A stretch of 64,000 nt of DNA, taken from Podospora anserina (lineage: Eukaryota). Location of the stretch: positions 6,200,001 to 6,264,000 of the forward strand of contig CM030332.1 of assembly GCA_017654855.1 (NCBI GenBank), written 5' to 3'. A program made the position numbers and the translations under genes. Shown in pieces: positions 36,635-49,182 of the stretch (positions within the stretch are counted from its first letter, which is position 1; the number at the start of each line of letters is the position of its first letter). The notes below the pieces were generated by a model. It was not told where the DNA came from and did no database searches. It saw nothing but the letters and a program-made list of their open reading frames with translations.

Positions 36635-37062
36635 CTAGTTCACCATCAACGCCGGCGTCCCCTCAAAGTACACCACCAAAGGCGGCTCCTCCACCCCCAA
36701 CCCAGCCCCGGCCTTCTTCAACGCCGCATGCGTGGGGCACTCGTTGTCATAATAATTCATATCATCCAAACTGGCAAACTTCATGTTTGCCACAACGGTA
36801 TACCCCTTCGATCTCTGATCCGGATTCGCGGTGCCGGCGCAGGCGTAGAGGATGTACGGCTTGCCGTCCTGTTCCCACATATATCATCAATCAGCCTCTC
36901 AACCAAACCCCTTTCGGACTTTCCCGGGGGGGGAAGAAAGAAAAAAACCTTCTTCTGCTCCTCAGCAAGCTTGTTGTACATCTCCACCAACTTCTTCTGG
37001 TTCGCCGGATCGGGGACCTTGAACATGGTCGTCCGGAAGATCTGCTGGCCTCTTGAACCCAT
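36635..37062 (-). CDS. Stress-responsive A/B barrel (Dabb) protein, 115 aa; exons 37062-36949 and 36868-36635
   Basis: RTTMFKVP...KK/DGKPYIL...DQRSKGYT...FASLDDMNYYDNECPTHAALK. Confidence 0.85.
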
Positions 37063-37660
37063 TGTTGTTGTTGTTGGCGTAGTGGCTGTCACTGCAGTGA
37101 AAATTTTCCTATCGAAAAACCCCCTGTTTTTCCTGTGAGCTGCTCCAAGGGTGGAATTGATCCTCTGTTGAGTTGTGCTTCGTACTGGGTTATTATACCC
37201 TTTGTTGACCCCTATTCCGGCCTCCGCCCCCTTCCCCTCCGGCACCCACACCAAACCCGGCGGCTCGTCGTACAACAGGAACGCCGCCGAAAGAGCTGCC
37301 CGATTCATGACAGGGTGCAAGCGGCGGTGGTGATGACCGAATCCACTGGCGGTGGTGGCCGACAGCTCCCTCCTCCATGGACCAACAAGGTTTTCACCAC
37401 CCCCCGCATTTCCCCCGATGTCGAATCATTCCAGCCTGTCGTGTCAAGGTGTCGTCGTGTAACCGCCAAACAACCCACTAGCTCCAGACACCAAAACCGG
37501 TGATCAGAAAAGTTTCCAGGGAATAAAAGAAGACCGGTCTACGCCTCCGGATCTCCCCCATCTTCGACGTCCGCCCGCTGTCGAAAGTTGTCTGCCTCAT
37601 GGCAATGTCTCAGTTGACTGGTGGCTCCAAGGGCGGCCGCAGTCAAGACTAGCTGACACC

Positions 37661-37699
37661 AAAAAAAAACCAAAAAAAAACCCAAAAAAAAAAAAAAAA
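37661..37699. repeat. Interrupted poly(A)/poly(T) tract downstream of the histidine kinase gene
   Basis: A8-CC-A8-CCC-A17 read directly (approximate run lengths). Confidence 0.7.
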
Positions 37700-38173
37700 G
37701 AAGAGAGAAGTGGAGGCCCGACAGTCCCATTCACTGCATGAGTCAGATAACAAGTCAAAAATAAAGTCCTGATATCATCATTATTATTCATCACCAACAA
37801 CCAACAGCCAACCACCAACCACCAACATCAACTATCACGACTAAACACACACAACAAACAACAACAGCAAATAGATATCTCAGCAACACACGAACCCCCA
37901 GACACCACCAACAACAACAACCAAAATAAAAGACTTTAATTCACTGTTAAATATTCACCAACCAGTCCCAATCCCCATCCACACACCAAAAACTCCCCTT
38001 CCATGGTTTGATAACAATTCCCCATTTATGAAAAAAAGAAGCCATGCTCGCCAGTGCCAAAAAAAGTCGCGCCTGTTCTCTGCTAAATGCTAGAAATACC
38101 CCCATGTTCCCCCGGCTCCCCATAAATAAGAGCAGTGAAGAAAGAAAGAAAGAAAGAAAAATACTTAACAACA

Positions 38174-41100
38174 TCATGTAACCTCCTCCCCATTCTCCTT
38201 CTTCTCCACCCCATTCCCATTCACCTGCGCAACAACAACCCTCATCTTCTCCAACAACTCGGGCATCCTGTACGGCTTCACCAAAACATCATCACACCCC
38301 GCCTCCTTCGCCTCCAAAATCTGCTCCATCCGCGCATTCGCACTCACAGCAATGATCGGTATCCTCCCCCCCTTGATCATCCCCTTCCGTTCCAGCTCCC
38401 GAATATGCCTCGTGCACGTCAGGCCATCCTGCACAGGCATCTCGATGTCCATCAGGATGACCGACAGGGAAAACTTCTTCTCTCTGCTGCTGCTCTCCCC
38501 CTCATCACTGCCCGAAAAAACAAACCGATCCGTCTTCCTCAACTTGTCCAGGCACTCCACCCCGTGATTGGCCACATCGACATTGAAACCCATGTTCACC
38601 AACCCTCGACGAGTAATAAGCTGATTGATCAGGTTATCCTCCACGACCAGAATCCCGCTGATCGTTGGCGGAGGGGTAGACAGGCTGTTGGTTGACGGAA
38701 TAAAAGTAGTCGACAACCCTGACGGAAACAACGGCGGGGTGCTGACCTCACTCCCCGAAGATGGGGTAATCGGACTAGGCCTCGAACCACTTCCCCCCGG
38801 AGTGATGACCGTCGATTCACTCGGCGAGCCCCCATTCGCCGCCCGTCTACTGGCCGAGTTGCCGATGCCGTTCACCTTCCCACTCAGCTTAAGAGCAGAC
38901 ATCTTGCTTGCCGCCAGCGCCGCCGCCTCGGCTTCTTGTCTCGCTTCCTCGCTGGGGATGGAAGCCTCGATGTAAAAGACAAACGTGCTGCCCACCCCCG
39001 GCTGGCTGGCAACACCTATCGCCCCGTTTTGAAGCTCCGTCAGCCGGCGGCTGATAAACAGCCCCAAACCTGACCCGCCGTACTTGACGTGGGTGCGACT
39101 GGAGGCTTGGACAAAGCGCTTGAAGAGGCTCTTCTTCTCCTCATCGGTAAGACCTTGTCCCGTGTCCTTGACCTCGAACATGACAAACACTGGTTTCCCG
39201 CGGGTGCGGGGAGCAGGATTGGACGGGTCATGTCCAAAGTAGTCCTCCTCCGACCGAGGGATAAACTGAACCTTACTAGAGCTCGCCGCCTCCGTCGGTC
39301 GGGTAAGACTGGCGCTGATGGCCACCGACACATTTCTCGTCGGTCCTGTCTTAGTGAACTTGAGAGCATTGGTAAGAAGATTGATGAGAACCTGCTTCAG
39401 CCTTGACGGATCAAAGTCCAGATACTTGATCCCGAGATCGCGGTAAGACTGGTCGACCACCATGCTCAGATTGATATCCACCCTGCGAGCCTCAATCTCA
39501 AACATTTTGAGCGCTTCTTGAACCATGAGAATCGGGTTGACCGTGATGGGCGTGATGGCAAGCAATTTCGAGTCGAGCTTCGACATGGTAAGAATATCGT
39601 CCACAATCCTCTTTTGATGCTGGGCACATCCGACAATGGTCTCGGCACTATCGATACTGCTCTCGATGAGGCCAATCACATCTGTGCTGCAGTCCTCACT
39701 AATGTCTGTGTTCAGCGACAGCCCATCGCGAGACTCGGGTCTCGGAAGTGCCGCACAGGCTGCAGAGCCGCAAGGTGGGTTGCTGACCAGTTCCTGGACC
39801 CTCGCAAGCGTGGCGATGATGGCATCTGCGCAGTGGACGATCGCGCTTAGCGGATTCCGCATCTCGTGTGAAGTCATATCGATAAAGTTTTCCTGCTGTC
39901 GCTTCGACTCAATCGCCTCCTCCTTTCTCTTCTTCTCCATGTCAAGCTGCCACTTCTGCAATGAAACATCGCTCAGACAGCCCGTGAAGCTTTGGATCTG
40001 CCCCTCTGTCGTCCGCACCGGCATCAAAGTAGCCTGCACCCAACGGTTCGGCACAATGACCTTGTGGCCAGCCCCGTCGTCGGCCGTCCACGCCGTCTTC
40101 AAGCGAACCTCCACATTCTGCACCTTGTCCTGCCTCACCATCGTCTCAATCTTCTCGGTAATCTGCAGGTGATCCTCCTCACACACACAATCCTTCCAGG
40201 GCCGAAGCTCGACCTCAGACGGGTCAACCTTCTCGAGCCCGCACATCTCAAAGAAGACATTATTGGCCCCTAGTAGCTTCCCCTCCAGATCCATGTCATA
40301 AAGCCCAACCGTTGCAAACTCGGCCATCCTCTTCAAGTTCTCCGCCTGCTGAGCCCGTCTGACCGCCTCCTCAGCAGCCCTCTTGTGCGCAGTAACGTCC
40401 GTAAGGCAGGTCAATACCCTCAGAATGCTCCCATCCACCGCCCTCTCCGCCCTCGCGGCAGCAAGAACATGCCTCTCCTTCAAATCCTCCACCGACGACA
40501 GATCCAGCCCCGCCTTCTCAAAACTCGGCGACGTCCTCGTCAGCGGCGCCTCCAAATTGGCCTGCTGCTTCACCCTAAACTCAAACTCGACGTTGTTCAC
40601 CGACTTGAGCCTGTCATACTGCGACACAAGCATCTGTCTGTCCTCCTCCACAATGCACGCCAAGAACCCAGAGCTCTTCACCGGACCCGTCCCAGGATAC
40701 CCTGTAATCTTATACCAGGCATCATTGGCAAAAGTGATGTTTCCCTCCGGATCTCCAAAGCACATGCCCACCGGCACGAACTCAGCCACAGCTTCAAACA
40801 TTTGAATCGACTCGTTTGCTTCCTTGGTCTGAACCGCAAGTTTCTCCTTGAGCATAGCCTGATCATACGCAGCTTGCTCAGCAGCGTTGCGGCCCCGTCT
40901 CGCTTCCTCCTCCAACAACACAATCGATGCCAGAGATGTCGCGAGCTTCTGGTTCAGTAACGAAATGTACTGCCTGTAATCGTTGTCGTACGGGCGCCGG
41001 GGATTCAGCCCCAGAAAGAGAAGGCCCATGACATTCTCCTTCTTGGTAGGTCGGATCGGACAGATGACGGCCGCTCGGCAGGGGTCGTCGTTGAATCCCC

Positions 41101-42663
41101 TCCACTGCAGACCCTCCAGCAGATGTGTTGGCAGACTCTCATCATGCGTCTGTAACAAGAGCGGGTGGGGTGCCTTGAGCGCTTCTCTGAAGGCCGCCGC
41201 AAGTCCGTCATCACTCATGCGCAAACTGATCGTGTGCGGAGCAATAGGATGCTCCTCGGGCACACCCAATGCCCCTTCCAACCGGCAAATTTTGGAAGGT
41301 CCCAGGCTGGGAGAAGGGGGGACAGAAGAAGCTTCGGGGTCTTCGTCAACACTGTAGAGAATCGCCAGCGGAATGTCGTACTGAGGGTCAACCGCCTTGA
41401 GCTGCTCGATCGTCTTCTCCCAATAACTCTTGACGTCCCTCGCTGTGATCAAAACCTCGCCCAAATCAATCAGCATCTTCATCCGCCGTTCCCACAACCT
41501 CATACTCGTCGTCTCGGCCACGGCATGCATGAATCCCAAATACTCATTGTTTTCAACAACGGGTATAAGCGACCACTTGAGATACGTCTCCTCCTGCCAG
41601 TTCGGACCGCCCTCCACCTCGGCCTCGCGCTCAATAAAGAACCTCCACTCGTCCTCCACAACGCCCTTTTGCTTAAGGCTAAAGCTCCGCATCGTATCCT
41701 TGAGCATCTTTCCTGCCTCGTGCCAAGCGTCATCCACAGACATTCCCAGCATTTCCGGGTGCCGAGAACCGCACAGTTTGCTATAGGCTTCGTTATAAAT
41801 CATGGTGTACTCCGCACCCCAATACAGTGCTATTGGCCGACTGTCGACGAGGATTTGGTTGAAGGTCTGCTCCAGTCTCGAAGACCAGCTCTTCTGAGGC
41901 CCAAGTGGGGTTGCGGCCCAGTTCACACTGTCGATTACATCTCCGAAAAACGGCTCCTCTGGAATTGCACGTCAGCCTATGTTCTGGATCAAAACAAAAA
42001 AGAACTTTTACCTGGGTCGATATCGGGCAGAATCCATCCTGGGTCTGAGGCGGACCGTTCCAGAGACAAAGACTGAACGGTTTCAGCGCGCAAAGCCAGC
42101 CGGTCTTTTGTAGTAGTCTGAACCACGGCAGATGTAGATTTAGTCCGGTTATCCAGCGCATGTACCGGTCGAGCCGGTGAGACCGGTGCGGAGGGGGGTC
42201 TTTCCGATGCTATCTCAATAACAGTATCCGTCTCCGCAAATTCAACAGGCGGCCTCGTGCGCCGAAGCGTCGGTTCCGCAATGCTTTTGTCTGGCCCAGG
42301 GCCAGGGGTCGTCGACTCGACTCGTATTGTGGGCGGTACGGGCTTGGAGGGTGGTTTCGCCTGCTCGTTTGCGCCCACTACCACCATCTCTTCATTTACT
42401 ACTGCTCTCGTCCAGTACGTGTCGGAGTAAGAAAGTGACGGCCCGGCGGTCGTTGCCGTCGAGCCGCCCGAGATCCATTCCCATAGAGGGGCATTGTCTT
42501 CCTTTGCGGCTGTTACAAGCTCAAGGAGGCACGGGTGTTCCCCAAAGGCCGGGTTCGTGTAGACGACAGTGGGCGGGTGAGGGATGAGGGCGACAATGAA
42601 CGAAGGTCTCGGGTCGGCCTCTAGCAGATCGATAATGCTCGTCTCCAAGAAAGAGGAGCGCAT
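38174..42663 (-). CDS. Hybrid sensor histidine kinase (PAS/GAF-like, HisKA, HATPase, REC), likely fungal group XI; exons 42663-42012 and 41958-38174
   Basis: H-box FIDMTSHEMRNPL, N-box QVLINLLTNALKFT, G1 VKDTGQG, G2 YGGSGLGLFIS, REC LVVEDNLINQ...ILMDIEMPVQDG...VSANAR...VKP. Confidence 0.95.
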
Positions 42664-44067
42664 GGCTGTGTTCTCAAGGTCGGAAGTGGTGTGTAAGTGG
42701 CGGGTGGGATGCGGGTAAAGAGAATCAGCTTTCGCGATGGAAGGAGAAAAATGGACGGCCGTATGGGCGGATTGGCAGGGCGCAATGCATTATCTGTTGC
42801 TGACGTATGGTGTTGTTTTCTAATGCGACACGCGAGTGTAGAGGTTGGGGGAAGTCGCAACCAGAGATCAGGAAATCGAGGTTGACGTGCAACCCGAATC
42901 GAGTTTGCCAGGTGACCAACAGTGTGCGGCGAGGCGGGGGGGGGTAGCTCAATTGCTGTTGGTTAGGAGAGGGGAACAAAAGAGCGTTGAGCAGTTCAGA
43001 AGAAAGGCCTTCTTTCCATCCCTACACCAGTGTCCGTCTTTTCGGGCCGGCCTGGCTTGTTGACGAGAAATGTGAGGTGTGCTGAAGCAACAATCGTGGG
43101 GAGGTGGGATGTGGAGGACCGGTTTCCGTTGATCTTTGTTTCCAGACCGCGGCCGGTCGACATGGGACCTGGAACCGGCGCTGAGTGGGCGCCTGGTTCG
43201 CCCGCCCCTCCGTCCGCCGCACATCTTCAGTGGGTGTTCAGCGGCGTAATCCGCTAACGTCTCCTTTGGGAGTGGTGGCACTTGGCAATATCACCAGACA
43301 TTGCAGAATTTGTGGTCAGCATGCATCCAAAAATCCCGTCATTCCCAGAAATTTTGCGGTTGACTGATGCCAGCAGCACTGGGTTACCAGGTCGACCCAC
43401 CGAACTTTCTAGTGGAGATGCAACCGCTCCGTCTTTGTCAGGACCCCTAACGGGCAAGACTTTGACAACACAAGCATTCCCATTCATCAGTATCCAACCA
43501 GGTGAAGCACCCGGCGCCGTCCTAGGATGTCGGCATCATTGGGGGGAAAACAGCCTCCTCCACCACGCTACACCCGACAGCGGGCAGCATTACCCGTCTC
43601 ATGGTGCTTGCCTGCGGAGGGCCAATGAGGGGTTCTACACACCACACTATTTTTATTCTGTGACATGCCCATCTCGATACGATAGGCCAACCCGACAATC
43701 CCATGCATGTCACTGTCAAATCTGCATCTTTGGGCCCCAATTGACAGCAATCACAGCGGGACCTTTCCGGTCCGGCCTCAGGGGGGAGGCGGTCTGTCGA
43801 GCCATGTGTGAAGAGATGTGAACGAAGACAGCAAGGGTTCAGAGGAGGACACTTGTTAAATGGGGATCACCACTTCTGAAGACGCCCGGTGGCTTAATCG
43901 CATCTTCTTTCCTACATCAACTGCAAGCTGGTAGATGCCCCCGAGTTACCTGGTTGCCCTGGTCTAGCAATCAATGCTTGATTAGATAGGTAAGAGATAA
44001 TGATGCTGCCCCTCATTCTCGGTGCATCTTTTTTTCTCACCACCCCGCAGCTGACCACGATGACGCC

Positions 44068-44988
44068 TTACCCCTGAAGAGCTTCTTGCAATGTCTTGCC
44101 AGTCAGACGTTTGAAAGCATCCAAATACCTCTCGCTGGTGGACTGAGCAATATCAGCAGGCATCTCAACACCATCCTTGCCCTTGAGCCCCTCCTTGGTC
44201 AACCAATTTCTCAAAAACTGCTTGTCGAAGCTGTCCTGGTCCCGGCCAACCTCATATTCATCCGCAGGCCAGAAGCGCGAGCTGTCGGGGGTGAGAACCT
44301 CGTCAATGAGGACAATCTCATCTGTCTCCTCGTCCAGACCAAACTCAAACTTGGTGTCGGCAATGATGATCCCCCGCTCAGCCGCATAGGCCGCACCGGC
44401 CTTGTAGACCTTCAACGCCAGAGCCTCGATGCGTGCAGCGTACTTCTCTCCAACGATCTTGGCCGCCTGCTCGGGGGTGATGTTCTCGTCATGCTGGCCC
44501 AGCTCGGCCTTGGTGCTGGGGGTGTAGATGGGCTCCGGGAAGGGGGAGCATTGCTGGAGGCCGGCAGGCACGGCCAGTCCGTGTACCGTGCCCGACTTCT
44601 TGTACTCGTTCCACGCGCTTCCCGTGATGTAGCCACGCACAATGGCCTCGACAGGGAATACCTTGAGCTTGCGAACCTGCATGCTGCGGCCGCGCACCAG
44701 CTCCTTGTCGGCATCGCCGAGGTTGGCAGGAGGGTCCAGGGTGATGAAGTGAGTCTTGAGATCCGGGATCCGCTCCTGGAGTACCTTGAACCAGTGGGCC
44801 GAGATGTTGGTGAGAACAGCGCCCTTGAGGGGCACCCCGTTGGCCATGATGACGTCGTAGGCTGAGATGCGGTCCGTTGTTACGAACAACAGCGTCTTAT
44901 CGTCGACATTGTAAAGATCCCGCACCTTGCCGCTGGCAAGCTTGGCCAGGGAGCTGAGCTCAATGTTTGTCACCACTGGGATCGACAT
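44068..44988 (-). CDS. ade1: SAICAR synthetase (phosphoribosylaminoimidazole-succinocarboxamide synthase), 306 aa
   Basis: GKVRDLY, TDRISAYD, EAIVRGYITGS, TPSTKA, IIADTKFEFG, DEVLTPDSSRFW, DKQFLR. Confidence 0.98.
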   Translation of the reverse strand: MSIPVVTNIELSSLAKLASGKVRDLYNVDDKTLLFVTTDRISAYDVIMANGVPLKGAVLTNISAHWFKVLQERIPDLKTHFITLDPPANLGDADKELVRGRSMQVRKLKVFPVEAIVRGYITGSAWNEYKKSGTVHGLAVPAGLQQCSPFPEPIYTPSTKAELGQHDENITPEQAAKIVGEKYAARIEALALKVYKAGAAYAAERGIIIADTKFEFGLDEETDEIVLIDEVLTPDSSRFWPADEYEVGRDQDSFDKQFLRNWLTKEGLKGKDGVEMPADIAQSTSERYLDAFKRLTGKTLQEALQG

Positions 44989-46911
44989 GCTGTACTGTGT
45001 GATGTTGTCTGATGACTGCTGCTGTGGTGGTGACTCGAACCCTGTTTTTTCGATGTAGTGTAAAGTTGCGAGTGAGTAAGTCAGTAAGTTCTTTGCCCAA
45101 TCAGACCAGCGAAAATGTGTGTGTGTTATGCCCCAATCCGATGTTCGGTGCGGTGTTTTTTCTGATTAACCGGGCCCGGTCTTAGAGCAGAGGTGGTGGA
45201 AGGTGGGGCCGAGCCGGCACCTCCCGCACGCACATATCGGATCACTACCGGTGCTGGCCAATCTGTAGTCTTCATGTCTGATGATCTGGTATCTGTTCTT
45301 CTGATGCTACTCTTGAGTCTTTGGATTTCTCGATGAAACCTTAGTCGTGGATCTACCTTTCCCTTGACATGTGACTTTGATAGTAGCACCTGCAATTAGC
45401 TTTGCGCCTTGCTCAGGCCGATGGTTACCGAGACCGACTTACATGCGGGAAGACTATCCTGCATACTCCACAAACTTCACGTGATATCTGGTAAATTATA
45501 TGTACAGTAGAGACACAGAATTATCCCTTACGTCAAGATACAAGCAAAATGGATGACAAGCCCCCAAGAACTGCATCGCTCGATTTTGCCCTCAGGTGAG
45601 CGGATTTCGGCAGACACATGCTGGCCGAGAGTTGGGCCAAGTTGCTGGGCCTGAGCTGGGCAACTTGGCGACGTCAAGCAAAGACGGTGAAAGGAGCAAT
45701 CGACCGAAAACTCCCACAAAATAGTCGAGGTTGTAGACGGACATCGGGAAATTTGAATTGCGACAGCCTGGATTCTTCTAGCGCCGTCAGTGCCGAACAC
45801 CCGAGTGACGGAATATCTCAACGGCACTCGTCGTTCCCCCAAATGGACGACAGCCCTCCCTCAGCTTGCTCAAGAAAGGCATCGTCAGATTGTCAGATAT
45901 GCATGTTCTGCGCGGTGCGTCCAACACCGCCCCTAACATTCGCTAATTTGTCGGTATTTGCTGCTTTCGCATGCGGCTCCCACCACCCTACTACTCCGTA
46001 TTGACTGGGCATCTCAAACTGAAAAGTAATTGTAGTGACCGTTGAATGAGAAGACCCACCTGTCCGAGATATCATGGGACGCCCAGCAAGCCTCCCAAGA
46101 TCCCAAGAGCCGCTTGGGCTTGGCGTTTCGTACATTTTCCACGAGTGAACCGGGAGCGCAAACGCGAGATCAGGTCTTGTTGGGCACAGATTTGCGACAA
46201 TGCGGAATCCTCTCGGGAAGAGGCGTCAGAGCTTGTCGGATGGCCGCGGTGCCCAAGATTGCCCAGGCCGTGAGCCAGAGGAGCGCCCATGGCATTCCCC
46301 AAACGAGCACCTGCGACAGTGCTGATCGGTCTCGGCGCCAAGGACAAATACAGCGTGGATTGGTCTTTGCGTGAACGAGGGGTCCTGCCCAGAACAACGC
46401 CCAGACCAGTCCAAGACTTGGGACGCCGCGCGACGCCAAGGGCTGAGAGGGAATCAAGGACATTTAAAATGGCGACGGAACCCCAAGGGCGAGAAGCATC
46501 ACCGGTTCCGTCCAGTGTTGCTTCAAGCTCGTGTATCTGTTTTGGTTCCTCACTGGTATGTTTCCCCCCCGTCTCTCCACGATGGATTCAGACATTGTCG
46601 ATGCTCTCCAGACTGCCATTTCCTATTGACGTGACTGACATACGAAAGAAACACCTCCGAGCCAAGCGCATATATCGCCCATTGCCAGCGGCGCGAAGTC
46701 TCGGCGATATCTCCGACATGCCTTGACGTTCATCGAGCTCCCCCTTCCAGCCAAACCGCCTCGAGGCCTCCATTCGATCTTCTTCTCAGTCCCAGCCGTC
46801 TGGACGGCCTGGATTGCAACACGAAAGCTTTCAGCAACTGGCTCAGGGGTCGAGCCCCTGAACGACTTCCCCCTACGATCAGGCCGAATTCGAGCCTAGA
46901 AACCACCCGAA

Positions 46912-48435
46912 ATGCAATTGGTTGCTGCTTCCGTGTTGGCTCTGGCATCGGGAGTTTTCGCGCAAAATGTCGTCCAGTTCAATGTCTCGAGAGGCGTGCC
47001 AGGAGTGCACTTGGGTTCCATACCCGTGCTGGGCAAAAGGGCCGCCACCCATTCGGAACGGCTGATCAACTTCATGGCAGGCGGAGGGTACTATGCGCGC
47101 GTCAGTCTTGGGACACCACCGCAGGTCATTACCATGCTGCTGGACACGGGCAGCAGCGACGCTTGGGTCCTGAGCCACAAAGCCGACCTCTGCATTGATG
47201 ACGATCTCCAACAAGAGACTCAGTTAATATGCGTCGACACGTTCAACCCCAGCAAATCCTCCACCCACAAGGTGATCGACCCCCGAGGCTTTCAAATCAA
47301 GTATCTTGACGGTGGCATAGCCTCCGGGGGCTGGATGCAAGACGATTTTACCATTGGTGGCACGACGATCAAATCCCTCCAGCTAGCCTATGTGACCAAA
47401 GCCAAACGCAACACAGGAATCCTTGGGTTAGGTTTCGCCGCCAGCGAGAAAGCTGCAACCAAATACCCCAACATCATCGACCAGCTCGCCAACCAGAACC
47501 TCATCTCGTCCAAGGCCTTCTCCCTCTACCTCAACGATCGCCGCACCGACGCGGGCTCCATCCTCTTTGGCGGTATCGATACGGACAAGTTCATCGGCCC
47601 CCTCCAAATCATCCCCTTGCTGGCCACAAACGGGACGTACACCTCCTTCGAGATCGACTTCTCCTCGTTAGCAGTCACCCTGCCCAACTCCACCACTCTC
47701 GACATGAAAACCTCCATGCTCGCCCACGCCGCCCCAGCAGTCCTCGACTCGGGCACCACACTCTCATACCTCCCGGACGACATGGTCGATATCCTCATCG
47801 GAAACCTGGACACGTTTTTCGACCCAGAACTAGACATGCTCCTCATCAACTGCGCCTACCTCACCTCTTCCTCCCCTTCCCTCTCCTTCCAATTCTACTT
47901 TCTCAACTCCACAGCCTCAATCCGCGTCCCGGTGTGGGAAATGGTCCTCGACGTCTTGTCGCCATCTTACGTCCCCCCAGATGACGCCCCCTTCAAAAAC
48001 GCCTGCCTATTCGGTATCCAATCCACCGAAATCTTTGAGACGACCGGCACGGTCAAGCAACCTAACTTCACCCTCCTGGGCGACACTTTCCTCCGATCAG
48101 CATACGTGGTTTTTGACCTGGGGAATTACGAAGTGGGCATGGGGCAGGCGAACTTGAATTCGAGCAGCTCGAGGATCATTGAGCTGAAGGAAGGGGAAGG
48201 CAAGAATGCCACGGAGACGGAGACTGCGACGAAAACAAAGGGGTTGCCCGAGGTGACGGGGGTGTTGGCGCAGCAGACTACTTTTACACCTACTACGGGG
48301 CCGGTCATGACGTTGGTTACTACCAAGAATAATGCCGCCGTCAAACTTGGGATGACGGGAGTGGGAGAGATGATGGGGGTTGTGGGAATCACGAGTTTGA
48401 TGGCGGTTTTGGGGGGAGTGTTTATGGCGCTTTGA
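46912..48435 (+). CDS. Secreted, probably GPI-anchored aspartic protease (A1, yapsin-like), 507 aa
   Basis: Signal peptide, KR pro-site, catalytic DTGS and DSGT, LLGDTFLRSAYVVFD, Thr-rich stalk, NNAA plus hydrophobic C-terminus. Confidence 0.93.
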   Translation: MQLVAASVLALASGVFAQNVVQFNVSRGVPGVHLGSIPVLGKRAATHSERLINFMAGGGYYARVSLGTPPQVITMLLDTGSSDAWVLSHKADLCIDDDLQQETQLICVDTFNPSKSSTHKVIDPRGFQIKYLDGGIASGGWMQDDFTIGGTTIKSLQLAYVTKAKRNTGILGLGFAASEKAATKYPNIIDQLANQNLISSKAFSLYLNDRRTDAGSILFGGIDTDKFIGPLQIIPLLATNGTYTSFEIDFSSLAVTLPNSTTLDMKTSMLAHAAPAVLDSGTTLSYLPDDMVDILIGNLDTFFDPELDMLLINCAYLTSSSPSLSFQFYFLNSTASIRVPVWEMVLDVLSPSYVPPDDAPFKNACLFGIQSTEIFETTGTVKQPNFTLLGDTFLRSAYVVFDLGNYEVGMGQANLNSSSSRIIELKEGEGKNATETETATKTKGLPEVTGVLAQQTTFTPTTGPVMTLVTTKNNAAVKLGMTGVGEMMGVVGITSLMAVLGGVFMAL

Positions 48436-49182
48436 AAGATTTGATATATATATATATCATTCAAGAGGTGGGCTTGTTTGATTTTGTACATGTAATGGGG
48501 GGAAACAAAAAGGTACATATACTTTCCTCTATACATTTTTCACACACTAGATATCCGTACACGACACATGATTGTTCTACCTCTTCCTTCTCCTCTTCAA
48601 ACGGTGGGGAGTACTACATAGATAAACAAATTAAATCAAAAACAAGTCAAATACCCCTTGCTTTCTACTAACAAGTTGTTTGCTAGTCAGATGATCGGCC
48701 ATGCAACCAACATAACGCATCATATTCATAACGACACAATTGAGACTCAAATCTCACAAGGCAAAATCTGTCAGCTCACCCTATCTACTATGATCGCTGC
48801 CAGAGTGGTCTGGTTTAACACCAATGACAGTTCCTAGTAGTTTAGCAAAAGGTTCTCCCCAGAAATCCCTCAGGCTTCTCACCCAAGTACACAGAAAAAA
48901 GGTTGTCCGACTTCCATGGCTGGAAAACCTTCCTCCAACCCTCCTGCCAACCACACAACAATTCCCATTTTACAAAACATTCGTTCGTTCTTTGCAAACG
49001 CGTAGTTACAGCTTCAGAAATCCAACCTAGTAATTCTTGTGCGAGATGCTGACAGCACGAGCCCAAAAGTCATCGGCGGAGGCGAGTCTGAGCGCCGCAT
49101 CTTCGGAGGGCCGTGTTCTGGGGACCACGAAAGTGTTGGCCTGGGGCGCGGAGGCGGGATCAGTCTCAACCTTTGGCTCTCC

